From Devosia sp. (lineage in GTDB: Bacteria; Pseudomonadota; Alphaproteobacteria; Rhizobiales; Devosiaceae): a stretch of 64,000 nt of DNA. This document shows, one piece after another, positions 36,952 to 46,100 of this stretch. The DNA lies in contig JAHCJW010000003.1 in assembly GCA_026126125.1 (NCBI GenBank), forward strand, positions 4,288-68,287, read 5' to 3'. The notes below the pieces were generated by a model. The model was not told the origin of the DNA, made no database searches, and was given only the letters and a program-made list of their open reading frames with translations. How positions within the stretch are numbered: position 1 is the first letter of the stretch; each line of letters opens with the position of its first letter. The position numbers and the translations under genes were made by a program.

Positions 36952-38537
36952 AACTGACCAAAGCCCTGGCCGGCGCCTTGCTGAGCATGACCATGCTCAC
37001 CAGTGTCAGCTTTGCCGCGACGCCGCAGGACACGCTGGTGATCGCCGACGCCATCGACGACATCATCACCCTCGACCCGGGCGAAGTGGGCGAAGTGGGC
37101 GGCATCATGGCCGCCAAGCAGATCTATCAGCCGCTGGTGACCTTCAACGTCAAGAACCCGACCGAGATCTATGGCGTTCTGGCCCAGAGCTGGACCGTGT
37201 CGGAAGACGGCAAGACCTTCACCTTCAAGATGAACCCGAATGCCAAATTCGCCTCGGGCAATCCGGTGACGGCGCATGACGCCGAGTTCTCCTATCACCG
37301 CGTGGTCAAGATGGCCTCGCGCTCGGCGTTCCTGCTCACCCAGTTCGGCTTCACCACCGACAATATCGAAGAGCGCATCAAGGCCGTCGATGACGCGACG
37401 CTGGTCATCGAGATCGAGCAGCCCTACGCCGAATCCTTCGTGCTCTATGCCCTCTCGTCCTATGCCGGCGGCATCGTCGACAGCAAGCTCGTGCTCGAAC
37501 ATGAAGTCGATGGCGATCTGGGCAATGGCTGGCTCAAGCAGGAAAACACCGCCGGTTCCGGTCCCTTCGTTCTGAGCAATTGGGCGCCCAAGCAGTCGAT
37601 CCTGCTCACCCGCAACGAGAATTTCTGGCAGGAAAAGCCCAGCATCGAGCGCGTCTTCTTCCAGCACGTGCCCGAAAGCGCCGCCCAGCGTCTGCTGCTC
37701 GAAAAGGGCGATATCGACGTCGCCAACAAGCTCGGGCCGGACGATTATACCTCCATCGCCAACAATGCCGATGTGAAGACCCTCGATGGCAGTTCCGGCG
37801 TCATCTATTACATGGGTCTCAATGTCCGCAACGAGGCGCTGAGCCATCCCGATTTCGTCAAGGCGATGAAATATCTGGTCGATTATGACGGCATCGCCGC
37901 CACCATCGGGCAGGGCACGATCGAAGTGCACCAGACCCTGGTGCCGGCCGGTTTCCTCGGCTCGCTCGATTACAATCCCTATTCGCTCGACATCGAAAAG
38001 GCCAAGGAACTGATCGCTTCGAGCGGCGTGCAGACCCCGGTGACGCTCGAAACCGTCGTCTGGAACGTACCGCCCTATACCGATTTCGCTCAGGCCGCCC
38101 AGGCGACCCTGGCCCAGGCCGGCATCAATCTCGACCTGCAGGTGGTCGATGGCCAGCAATGGCTCGAACGCTACCGCTCCTCGGCCCTCGACATCTGGGT
38201 GGGCCTGTGGGGCCCGGACTATCCCGATCCGCATTCCAACGCCAAGGCTTTCGCCGTCAATTCCAAAGACGCGCCGGATGGCTCGTCCAGCCTTGCCGAC
38301 CGCTTCGGCTGGGATGCAGGCGATCTCTCGCCCAAGGCCATGGCCGCCCTGCGCGAGAACGACACCGAGCTGCGCAAGACCATGTATGAGGAGATCCAGA
38401 AGGTGCATACCGACACCTCGCCCTTCCTCTATATGTTCCAGGAAGTGCGCCGCGTCGCCGTCCGCTCCAATGTCAATGGGCTGATCCTCGGCCTGACCCT
38501 GTCGGACGACCGCTATTGGGAAGTCACCAAGGACTGA
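36948..38537 (+). CDS. ABC transporter substrate-binding protein, family 5 (peptide/nickel/opine type)
   Basis: I trimmed the 36855 ORF to ATG 36948, after GAGGAGA. It has a signal peptide (MKLTKALAGALLSMTMLTSVSFAA) and family-5 hallmarks (TFTFKMNPNAKFASGNPVTAHD). Confidence 0.9.
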   Translation: MKLTKALAGALLSMTMLTSVSFAATPQDTLVIADAIDDIITLDPGEVGEVGGIMAAKQIYQPLVTFNVKNPTEIYGVLAQSWTVSEDGKTFTFKMNPNAKFASGNPVTAHDAEFSYHRVVKMASRSAFLLTQFGFTTDNIEERIKAVDDATLVIEIEQPYAESFVLYALSSYAGGIVDSKLVLEHEVDGDLGNGWLKQENTAGSGPFVLSNWAPKQSILLTRNENFWQEKPSIERVFFQHVPESAAQRLLLEKGDIDVANKLGPDDYTSIANNADVKTLDGSSGVIYYMGLNVRNEALSHPDFVKAMKYLVDYDGIAATIGQGTIEVHQTLVPAGFLGSLDYNPYSLDIEKAKELIASSGVQTPVTLETVVWNVPPYTDFAQAAQATLAQAGINLDLQVVDGQQWLERYRSSALDIWVGLWGPDYPDPHSNAKAFAVNSKDAPDGSSSLADRFGWDAGDLSPKAMAALRENDTELRKTMYEEIQKVHTDTSPFLYMFQEVRRVAVRSNVNGLILGLTLSDDRYWEVTKD

Positions 38538-38547
38538 TCGTGTTTCC

Positions 38548-38579
38548 GGCGCGGCGGCCCTCGTCGCCGCGCCTTTTTT
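38548..38579 (+). terminator. Intrinsic terminator/attenuator between the binding-protein and permease genes
   Basis: A 9-bp GC stem (ggcgcggcg at 38548-38556 pairing with cgccgcgcc at 38565-38573) is followed by TTTTTT (38574-38579). Confidence 0.65.
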
Positions 38580-38595
38580 CCTGTCTGGATCTATC

Positions 38596-39648
38596 GTGGC
38601 CGCAATCGCTCCTGCATCGGATGGCATAAGGCGCCTGGGCCGGGTTCTCACCGGCCTGGCCACCATCGCCGTCACGCTTCTGGGGCTGATCGCCCTGACC
38701 TTCTTCATCGGCCGGGTCATCCCCATCGACCCCGTCCTCGCCATTGTCGGCGAAAAGGCGACCCAGGAGGCCTATGACAAGGTCTTTTACGCCATGGGTC
38801 TCGACAAACCGGTATGGGAGCAGTTCGCCGCCTATACCTGGCAATTGCTGTGCGGCGATTTCGGCACCTCCTTCACCACGACGCGGCCGGTCCTCACGGA
38901 TCTGCTGACCTTCTTTCCCGCCACGCTCGAGCTGGCGACGCTGGGCCTTCTGCTCGGCATCGTGCTTGGCGTTCCGGCGGGCGTCGTCTCGGCCTATTGG
39001 CACGACAAATGGCCCGATCATCTGATCCGCGTCGTCGGCCTTGTCGGCTATTCGGTACCGATCTTCTGGCTCGGGCTCGTCGGGCTCTATGTGTTCTATT
39101 ACCGTCTGGGCTGGGTTGCGGGGCCAGGTCAGATCGACGTCTTTTATGTCGGCATCGTCAAGCCGATCACCAATTCCATCCTCATCGACAGCATGCTGCG
39201 CGGGGAGTGGACCGTGTTCTGGAACGCGGTCAGCCATATCGTGCTGCCGGTCTCGCTCATCGGCTATTTCTCCATGGCCTATCTGTCGCGCATGACGCGC
39301 TCGCTGATGCTCGATCAACTGACCAAGGAATATGTGCTGACCGCCCGCCTCAAGGGCGCCAGCGAAATCGAGGTCGTCTTCGGCCACGCCTTGCGCAACG
39401 CCGCCATTCCGCTCGTCACCATCATCGCGCTCTCCTATGGCGGCCTTCTTGAGGGCTCGGTGCTGATCGAGACGGTGTTCGGCTGGCCCGGCATCGGCAA
39501 TTACATCGCCTCGTCTCTCTTCCGTGGCGACATCAACGCGGTATTGGGCGGCACCTTCCTCGTCGGCGCGATCTTCATCGTGCTCAACCAGCTGTCCGAC
39601 ATTCTCTACACCACCCTCGATCCTCGAACCCGGCCGGCCCGCCGATGA
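38596..39648 (+). CDS. ABC transporter permease (DppB/OppB type)
   Basis: 350 aa with a GTG start and multiple TM helices. The segment VLTARLKGASEIEVVFGHALRNA is the EAA-loop region. Confidence 0.9.
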   Translation: MAAIAPASDGIRRLGRVLTGLATIAVTLLGLIALTFFIGRVIPIDPVLAIVGEKATQEAYDKVFYAMGLDKPVWEQFAAYTWQLLCGDFGTSFTTTRPVLTDLLTFFPATLELATLGLLLGIVLGVPAGVVSAYWHDKWPDHLIRVVGLVGYSVPIFWLGLVGLYVFYYRLGWVAGPGQIDVFYVGIVKPITNSILIDSMLRGEWTVFWNAVSHIVLPVSLIGYFSMAYLSRMTRSLMLDQLTKEYVLTARLKGASEIEVVFGHALRNAAIPLVTIIALSYGGLLEGSVLIETVFGWPGIGNYIASSLFRGDINAVLGGTFLVGAIFIVLNQLSDILYTTLDPRTRPARR

Positions 39649-40544
39649 GCACCATGCCAACGCACACCATCGCCCGCGCCCAGGTCCGCGCCGCCCAATT
39701 CAAGCAGATCAAGAGCTTCTGCCGGCGTTTTGCCCGCAATCCCTCCGGCATGTTCGGCTTTTTCATTCTGGTGGCGCTGCTGTTCTGTGCCGCCTTCGCG
39801 CCCTGGCTCGCCACCCATGATCCCTATCTGCCCAATCTGTCGGGGCGCCTGTCGGCGCCCGGCGCCGATTACTGGCTGGGGGCGGACGAACTGGGCCGCG
39901 ACATCTATAGCCGCGTGCTTTACGGCTCGCGCCTGACGCTGCTGATCGTCGGGCTGGTCATCGTCACCTCGGCGCCCATCGGCCTGCTGGTCGGCGTCAT
40001 CGCCGGCAATTTCGGCGGCTGGGTCGATACGATCTTCATGCGCGTCACCGATGTGTTCCTGGCCGTGCCCAAGCTGCTCCTGGCCCTGGCCTTCGTCGCC
40101 GCGCTCGGGCCGGGCATCGTCAATGCTGCCATCGCCATCACGCTCACCGCCTGGCCGCCCTATGCCCGCATGGCCCGGGCCGAGGCGCTGGCGGTGCGCA
40201 ACAGCGATTATGTCAACGCGGTGCGGCTGGCCGGCGCCTCGGAGTTCCACATCATCGTCCAGCACATCATCCCGATGTGCATTTCCTCGGTCATCGTGCG
40301 CATGACGCTCGACATGGCCGGCATCATCCTCACCGCCGCCGGCCTCGGCTTCATCGGCCTCGGGGCGCAGCCGCCGCTGCCCGAATGGGGGGCGATGATC
40401 TCGACGGGCCGCAAATTCATCTTCGACCAGTGGTGGGTGGCGACCGTGCCCGGCTTTGCCATCTTCATCGTCTCGCTCGGCTTCAACCTTCTGGGCGACG
40501 CCATCCGCGACCTGCTCGATCCGCATCTGAAGGCCCGCCCATGA
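39645..40544 (+). CDS. ABC transporter permease (DppC/OppC type)
   Basis: 299 aa with YWLGADELGRDIYSRVLYG, typical of the N-terminal region. ATGA coupling on both sides. Confidence 0.9.
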   Translation: MSTMPTHTIARAQVRAAQFKQIKSFCRRFARNPSGMFGFFILVALLFCAAFAPWLATHDPYLPNLSGRLSAPGADYWLGADELGRDIYSRVLYGSRLTLLIVGLVIVTSAPIGLLVGVIAGNFGGWVDTIFMRVTDVFLAVPKLLLALAFVAALGPGIVNAAIAITLTAWPPYARMARAEALAVRNSDYVNAVRLAGASEFHIIVQHIIPMCISSVIVRMTLDMAGIILTAAGLGFIGLGAQPPLPEWGAMISTGRKFIFDQWWVATVPGFAIFIVSLGFNLLGDAIRDLLDPHLKARP

Positions 40545-41389
40545 GCGAGAACCTCATCGAGGTGAAAAACCTGCGCATCGCCTTTCCCACCGAAGCGGGC
40601 GGCTGGCATCAGGCCGTGCGCGGCGTCAGCTTCACCCTCGGGCGCGAAAAGCTCGGCATTGTGGGGGAAAGCGGCTCGGGCAAGAGCCTTTCCGGCCGCG
40701 CCATTCTCGGCGTCCTGCCCGATTATGTGCGCATCGAGGCGGACAAACTCGCTTTCGACGGCATCGATCTGCGCGCCGCCTCGCCGCGCCAGCGCCGGCA
40801 TCTGCGTGGCGGCCGCATGGGCATGGTGCTGCAGGACCCCAAATTCTCGCTCAATCCGGTGATGACCGCCGGCGCCCAGATCGTCGAAGCCATCCGCATC
40901 GGCGACCGCCGCATATCGAGAGCCGCCGCGCGCAAGGGAGCGCTCGACATTCTTCACAGCCTGCATATCCGCGATCCCGAACTGGTCTTTGACCGCTATC
41001 CGCACGAATTGTCCGGCGGCATGGGCCAAAGGGTGATGATCGGCATGATGGTGGTGCGCGAGCCCGATGTGCTGATCGCCGACGAGCCGACTTCGGCTCT
41101 CGACGTCACCGTGCAGATGCAGGTGCTCTCCATTCTTGACGAGCTGGTCGAGCGGCGGAAAATGGGCCTTATTTTCATCAGCCACGATCTGCAACTGGTC
41201 AGCCGTTTCTGCGACCGGGTCATTGTCATGTATGCCGGCCAGATCGTTGAAACGCTCGACGCTCGGCGTCTGGGCGAGGCGCAGCACCCCTATACAAAGG
41301 GCCTCCTCGCCTGCCTGCCGGAAATCGACGGGCCGTTGACGCCCCTGCCGACCCTTGACCGGCAGGCGGCCTGGAGCCAGTTGCCATGA
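40541..41389 (+). CDS. ABC transporter ATP-binding protein (DppD/OppD type)
   Basis: I trimmed the 40277 ORF to ATG 40541. It has Walker A (GESGSGKS), the signature LSGGMGQRV and Walker B ([12 protein letters not shown]). Confidence 0.9.
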   Translation: MSENLIEVKNLRIAFPTEAGGWHQAVRGVSFTLGREKLGIVGESGSGKSLSGRAILGVLPDYVRIEADKLAFDGIDLRAASPRQRRHLRGGRMGMVLQDPKFSLNPVMTAGAQIVEAIRIGDRRISRAAARKGALDILHSLHIRDPELVFDRYPHELSGGMGQRVMIGMMVVREPDVLIADEPTSALDVTVQMQVLSILDELVERRKMGLIFISHDLQLVSRFCDRVIVMYAGQIVETLDARRLGEAQHPYTKGLLACLPEIDGPLTPLPTLDRQAAWSQLP

Positions 41390-42123
41390 CCGACACTATT
41401 CTGGGCGTCGAGCATCTTTCGGTGCGCTTCGGCGCTTCCACCGTGGTGGACGATGTCAGCTTTGCCGTGGCGCGCGGCGAGAGTTTTGGCCTTGTGGGGG
41501 AAAGCGGCTCGGGCAAATCGACCATTTTGCGCACCATTATGGGCCTCAGCCCCGATTGGTCGGGCACCATCGCGGTCAATGGCGTGCCGGCGCGCGGCAC
41601 GCCGCGCCGCGAATTTTCCACCCAGGTGCAGATGGTGTTCCAGGACCCCTATGCCTCGCTGCACCCGCGACACCTGATCGGCAATGCCATCGCCGAGCCG
41701 ATGCGCATTCACCGCATGGACAATGTCGAGGCCCGAACGCTGGAGCTTCTGGCGCTGATCGGCCTTGGTGAAGACTTCGCCTATCGCTATCCGCACGAAT
41801 TGTCCGGCGGCCAGCGCCAGCGCGTCGCCATCGCCCGCGCATTGGCGCTGTCGCCCAAACTGCTGCTGCTCGATGAACCGACCTCGGCGCTCGACGTTTC
41901 CATCCAGGCCGAAATTCTCAACCTGCTCAATCGCCTGCGCGCTGAAATGGGACTGACCTTCGTCATCGTCAGTCATAATCTGGCGGTGATTTCCTATTGT
42001 TGCGACCGGCTGATGCTGATGCAGAACGCCCGCCACGTCGAAACCCTGAGCCGCGCCCAATTGCGCAACCGCGAGCTGGACCAGGACTACACCAAGGCCT
42101 TCGTCGCCGCGAGCACGCTATAG
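41386..42123 (+). CDS. ABC transporter ATP-binding protein (DppF/OppF type)
   Basis: 245 aa with [24 protein letters not shown] and [12 protein letters not shown]. Confidence 0.9.
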   Translation: MTDTILGVEHLSVRFGASTVVDDVSFAVARGESFGLVGESGSGKSTILRTIMGLSPDWSGTIAVNGVPARGTPRREFSTQVQMVFQDPYASLHPRHLIGNAIAEPMRIHRMDNVEARTLELLALIGLGEDFAYRYPHELSGGQRQRVAIARALALSPKLLLLDEPTSALDVSIQAEILNLLNRLRAEMGLTFVIVSHNLAVISYCCDRLMLMQNARHVETLSRAQLRNRELDQDYTKAFVAASTL

Positions 42124-42176
42124 GACTGGCCGCTCAGGCCCGGGGTGACATGCGGTGGGTGGGATGCCCCGGAGCC

Positions 42177-43025
42177 TCAGCCGCTCACCTCAAGATTATC
42201 GATCAGCCGCGTCGTGCCCAGATGCGCCGCGACGGCGAACAGCGCCCCCTCCGGCCCCACCGTCTCGATGGGCTTAAGGCTGGTGCGGTCCCGCACTTCC
42301 CAATATTGCGGCGTGATGCGGCCTTCCTGCGCCAGCCGTGCCCGCCCGATTTCCGCCAGCCGCGCCCCATTGCGCTCCCCGGCCGCCCATGCCGCCTTGG
42401 CCGCGTTGAGGCTGGCGAAAATCGCCGGGGCCGCCGCCCGATCCTCGGGCGCGAGATAGACATTGCGCGAACTCAGCGCCAGCCCATCGGCTTCGCGCAC
42501 AATGGGGCCGCGAATGATCTCGACCGGCACATCGAGGTCGCGCACCATGCGCTCGATCACCAGGCATTGCTGGGCATCCTTCTGCCCGAACACGGCGAAG
42601 TCGGGCGCGACGATGTTGAACAGTTTCAGCACCACCGTGGTCACGCCGCGGAAATGGCCGGGCCGGCTGGCGCCGCACAGATGTGTCGACACCGCTTCTT
42701 CGAGCACCACGCTCGAGGCGCCTTCGGGATAAAGCTCGGCGACCGGCGGCAGGAACAGGGCATCCACCCTCGCTTCTCCGAGCAGGGCGATGTCCTTTTC
42801 GATGGGGCGCGGATATTTGCTCAAATCCTCGTTCGGCCCGAATTGCAGCGGGTTGACGAAAATGCTGGCGATGACGATGTCGGCCTTCTGGCGCGCAATC
42901 TGCATCAGGCTCATATGGCCCTGATGCAACGCGCCCATGGTCGGCACGAAACCGAGTGTCTGTTCCGGTCGCAGCGTCTTGCGCCAGGCACGAACCTCGG
43001 CGATGGTGCGCAAAATGCGTGTCAT
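42177..43025 (-). CDS. panC: Pantoate--beta-alanine ligase
   Basis: The segment FVPTMGALHQGHMSLM is the PanC HIGH-type motif. I prefer the ATG at 43025, which gives an ATGA overlap with the coaBC stop, over the GTG at 43040. Confidence 0.9.
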   Translation of the reverse strand: MTRILRTIAEVRAWRKTLRPEQTLGFVPTMGALHQGHMSLMQIARQKADIVIASIFVNPLQFGPNEDLSKYPRPIEKDIALLGEARVDALFLPPVAELYPEGASSVVLEEAVSTHLCGASRPGHFRGVTTVVLKLFNIVAPDFAVFGQKDAQQCLVIERMVRDLDVPVEIIRGPIVREADGLALSSRNVYLAPEDRAAAPAIFASLNAAKAAWAAGERNGARLAEIGRARLAQEGRITPQYWEVRDRTSLKPIETVGPEGALFAVAAHLGTTRLIDNLEVSG

Positions 43026-44242
43026 GCGATAATATCCCACAGCCGTCTGGCCAATTCACTCTTGTTCATCACCGGCAGGGTCACGTCGGCGCCTTCGGCC
43101 CGCAGCAGCGTGCCGCCATTGGTGGGCACGGAAAAGCCGGTCGCGGTCGTCTCCCCGGCGCGGGCGACGGGATTGGCGAAGAGGAAATCGAGCTTCTTGC
43201 CCTCGAGCTTCTTGCGGCCATTGGCTTCGACATCGTCGGTTTCGGCGGCAAAGCCGAAAAACCATTGGTCGGTGGCGGCGGCGCGCAATGTGCCCAGCAC
43301 GTCGATCGAGGGCACCATGTCGAGGGTGGTGGCGGCGGCGGCGCGCTTGAGCTTGTTGGCGGCGGGCGTTGCGACGCGATAATCCATCACCGCCGCCGTG
43401 GCGATCACCCCGTCCACCTCCGGCAGGAAGGCGAGAGCGGCTTCGGCCATTTCCTCGGCCGTGCGCACTTCGACCAGGGTGAGCCGGCCGGCGCTCTCAC
43501 GCGGTGGCATCGGGCGCACCACGCCCTTGTCCATGCCCAGCACATAGCGCACCTCGGCCCCGCGCCGCAGCGCTTCTTCGGCCATCGCCGCGCCCATGCG
43601 GCCGGTGGAATGATTGGTGATATAGCGCACCGCGTCGATGGCGGTGGTGGTCGGGCCGGCGGTGATCAGCACGCGACGGCCCGCAAGGTCGGCCCCCGGC
43701 CGCACCAGCGCTGCCTCGATGGCGGCGACGAGTTCGGGCACCGGCGCCAGCTTGCCCACGCCCACTTCGCCGCAGGCCAGCACCCCCGCCGCCGGATCGA
43801 CAAAGCCGGCGCCGCGCTGGCGCAGCGTTTCGAGATGCTCCTGGGTGGCGGGATGCTCCCACATCTTGGTGTTCATCGCCGGCGCGATGAGCATCGGCGC
43901 GGTGGTGGCCAGGGCGACGGTGGTCAGCAAGTCATCGGCGAGCCCCAGCGCCAATTTGGCGATGGTGTTGGCGCTGGCGGGGGCGACGACGAACAGATCG
44001 GCCCAGCGCGCCAGGTCGATATGCTCGGTGCCTGAAATATCGGGTCCGAACAGGTCCGAGGCCACTTTTCGCCCGCTCAGCGTTTCGAGCACCAGCGGGG
44101 TGACGAAATGCTGGGCGCTTTCGGTCAGGATGCATTGCACCTGATGCCCGGTCTTGGTCAGGGTGGAGACGACATCGGCGATCTTATAGGCCGAAATGCT
44201 GCCGGTGACGGCGATGAGGATGTTACCCATTGAGCTGCCCAT
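43022..44242 (-). CDS. coaBC: Bifunctional phosphopantothenoylcysteine decarboxylase / phosphopantothenate--cysteine ligase
   Basis: 406 aa with an N-terminal flavoprotein domain (ILIAVTGSISAYK) and a C-terminal ligase domain (ITAGPTTTAIDAVRYITNHSTGRMG). The start is ATG 44242 or ATG 44230; the latter gives an 8-nt overlap with the coaX stop. Confidence 0.9.
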   Translation of the reverse strand: MGSSMGNILIAVTGSISAYKIADVVSTLTKTGHQVQCILTESAQHFVTPLVLETLSGRKVASDLFGPDISGTEHIDLARWADLFVVAPASANTIAKLALGLADDLLTTVALATTAPMLIAPAMNTKMWEHPATQEHLETLRQRGAGFVDPAAGVLACGEVGVGKLAPVPELVAAIEAALVRPGADLAGRRVLITAGPTTTAIDAVRYITNHSTGRMGAAMAEEALRRGAEVRYVLGMDKGVVRPMPPRESAGRLTLVEVRTAEEMAEAALAFLPEVDGVIATAAVMDYRVATPAANKLKRAAAATTLDMVPSIDVLGTLRAAATDQWFFGFAAETDDVEANGRKKLEGKKLDFLFANPVARAGETTATGFSVPTNGGTLLRAEGADVTLPVMNKSELARRLWDIIA

Positions 44243-44993
44243 AGCGCAAAAGCCCCAGAAGCGTCAGGTCCGGTTCCTGCCGGAAGCGCTCGGAAAGGCG
44301 GATCAGCCTGACGCAGCCACCGGTGGCGATCAGGGTGGCGTCTGCAAGTCCGGCATCGGCGAGCAAGCGGTCGGCCATGCCCTCGATCAGCGCCTCATAG
44401 CCCTGCAATACCCCGCTCTGGATCTGGGTCTCGGTGGTGTTGCCCACCGCGTTGCCGGGGCGGATCAGCTCGACCGCGAACAGCTTTGCCGCGCGGCCCT
44501 GCAAGGCCCGCCAGCTGGTTTCGAGCCCCGGCACGATGGCGCCGCCGATATAGCCGCGTTCGGGGTGAACGAGGCAGAATGTCGTCGCCGTGCCCGCATC
44601 GACGATCAAAAGCGGCGCCGGCGCCAATTGCATGGCGCCCGCCACATTGCACAGCCGGTCGGCGCCCAATTGCTCGGGATGGGGCAGGTCGAGCGCGAAA
44701 TCGCGCTGCAACCGAGAATTGACCGAAATCCAGGGCAGGGTGCCGCTGGCCTGGGCGACGATCCGCTCCAAAGCCGGCACCACGGTCGAGAGCACGACGC
44801 GCTCCACGAGGCTCCAGACGCTTTGGCCCAGTTGGTCCGCGAATAATTGCCGCAGCTGCACACGATATTCGTCGGCGGTGCAGTGGGGGTCGGTGCGAAA
44901 ACGCATTTCGGCGATGCGGGCGCCATCGCTGCGGAAAACGCCGGCCACCGTGTGGGTGTTGCCGATGTCGAGCAAAAGCCAGTGTTCAGTCAC
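44223..44993 (-). CDS. coaX: Type III pantothenate kinase
   Basis: I trimmed the 45062 ORF to GTG 44993, giving a GTGACTGA overlap with the panB stop. WLLLDIGNTHTVAGVF is the CoaX N-terminal motif. Confidence 0.85.
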   Translation of the reverse strand: MTEHWLLLDIGNTHTVAGVFRSDGARIAEMRFRTDPHCTADEYRVQLRQLFADQLGQSVWSLVERVVLSTVVPALERIVAQASGTLPWISVNSRLQRDFALDLPHPEQLGADRLCNVAGAMQLAPAPLLIVDAGTATTFCLVHPERGYIGGAIVPGLETSWRALQGRAAKLFAVELIRPGNAVGNTTETQIQSGVLQGYEALIEGMADRLLADAGLADATLIATGGCVRLIRLSERFRQEPDLTLLGLLRYGQLNG

Positions 44994-45786
44994 GCTGCGG
45001 CTCCCTGGCCTTGACCTCGGCGATATAGGCAGAGGCCGCGTCCCGGACAATCGTCGCCACATCGGCCTTGGGCTTGGCGAAGCTCGGGGGCGGTTTGAGG
45101 CCGAGGCCGATCAGGTCGTTCAGCACCAGAACCTGTCCGGCGCAGTCGGGGCCAGAACCGATGCCGATGGTGGGAATTTCCAGCATGGCGGTAATGTCAG
45201 CGGCCAGTTCGGGAACCACCATTTCGAGCACGATGGCGAAAGCGCCGGCCGCTTCGAGAGCCTTGGCCGCATCGATCAGCGCCTGGGCGGCGTCCTCGCT
45301 CTTGCCATGGCGATAATAGCCGCCCAATTGGTGCACCGATTGCGGCGTCAGCCCGATATGGGCCATCACGGCGATGCCCTGCTCGACGAGGCGCCGGACG
45401 ATGGGGGCGGCGGCAACGCCGCCTTCGATCTTGATGGCCTGAACGCCACTGTGCTGCATCACCGCGACGGCGCTGCGCAGCGCCGTGTCGGGGTCGGTGG
45501 CCGCGCCGAAGGGCAGGTCGCACACCACCAGCGCCCGGCGGCTGCCCCGCTGTACGGCGGCGGCATGCCGGATCATGTCGTCGAGCGTCACCGGGATGGT
45601 GGTCTCGTAGCCGAGCACGACATTGCCCAGGCTGTCGCCCACCAGCAGCATGTCGATGCCGGCCTGGTCGAGCAGGCCCGCCGTGACATGGTCATAGGCG
45701 GTGAGCATGGCGAGCTTTTCGCCGCTGCGTTTCTTGGCCCGGATGTCGCGCGTCGTGAGGCGCCTCGTTTCGGCGTGGATGGACAT
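44986..45786 (-). CDS. panB: 3-methyl-2-oxobutanoate hydroxymethyltransferase
   Basis: 266 aa with LAMLTAYD, GIDMLLVGDSLGNVVLGYETT and VQAIKIEGG, all typical of PanB. A GAGGAA Shine-Dalgarno sequence lies at 45795-45790. Confidence 0.9.
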   Translation of the reverse strand: MSIHAETRRLTTRDIRAKKRSGEKLAMLTAYDHVTAGLLDQAGIDMLLVGDSLGNVVLGYETTIPVTLDDMIRHAAAVQRGSRRALVVCDLPFGAATDPDTALRSAVAVMQHSGVQAIKIEGGVAAAPIVRRLVEQGIAVMAHIGLTPQSVHQLGGYYRHGKSEDAAQALIDAAKALEAAGAFAIVLEMVVPELAADITAMLEIPTIGIGSGPDCAGQVLVLNDLIGLGLKPPPSFAKPKADVATIVRDAASAYIAEVKAREPQRD

Positions 45787-45985
45787 GGTTTCCTCGTCGT
45801 ATTGGCGGCGGGGCCTTCATCGGTGTTGAGGTGAGGGCCGTCAAGTCCGACATTCGACCGAGTGGACAAGGGGTTTTTCCCCTCGCGCCGCCAAACCGTC
45901 ACGCCTTCGCGGTTTGGCGGCGCTCAACGGTAACAGTCCGTTAACATCTGCGGTGGGTGGGTGGCGCCCGTGGATCGAAAATGGG
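45787..45985 (-). promoter_or_regulatory. Structured 5' leader of the panB-coaX-coaBC-panC operon (candidate cis-regulatory RNA)
   Basis: There is a 13-bp perfect hairpin (45922-45910 pairing with 45898-45886), flanking smaller hairpins, and a third copy of CGCCGCCAA (45810-45802) abutting the Shine-Dalgarno sequence, which allows alternative pairing. Confidence 0.4.
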
Positions 45986-46100
45986 CCATCCAATCTGCTA
46001 TCAACTTGAGTCCATTGTAATACCACTCTCGACAAAGCGGCTCGAACCCTCATAAGGTCTGGCGAATGGCCGGACGCCTTTCGTCCGGCGGTATCATGGC

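Noticed and set aside
36765-38744. A 659-aa minus-strand ORF opposite the first family-5 binding-protein gene. Similar antisense ORFs occur at 38524-39660, 46136-48451, 49251-50963, 55859-57712, 58049-59491 and 59612-60577.
   Set aside because: All oppose genes with clear ABC transporter or NagZ motifs. Their products are Gly/Asp/Arg/His-rich and low-complexity, with no Shine-Dalgarno-supported starts.
42151-45961. An exact 13-nt direct repeat, TGCGGTGGGTGGG, at 42151-42163 and 45949-45961. It brackets the pan/coa operon and has a G-tract, quadruplex-like composition.
   Set aside because: My rough estimate is that exact 13-mers shared by two sites in a 64-kb sequence are expected by chance on the order of tens of times, and more often in GC-biased DNA. 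There are no target-site-duplication-like features and no mobility genes nearby.
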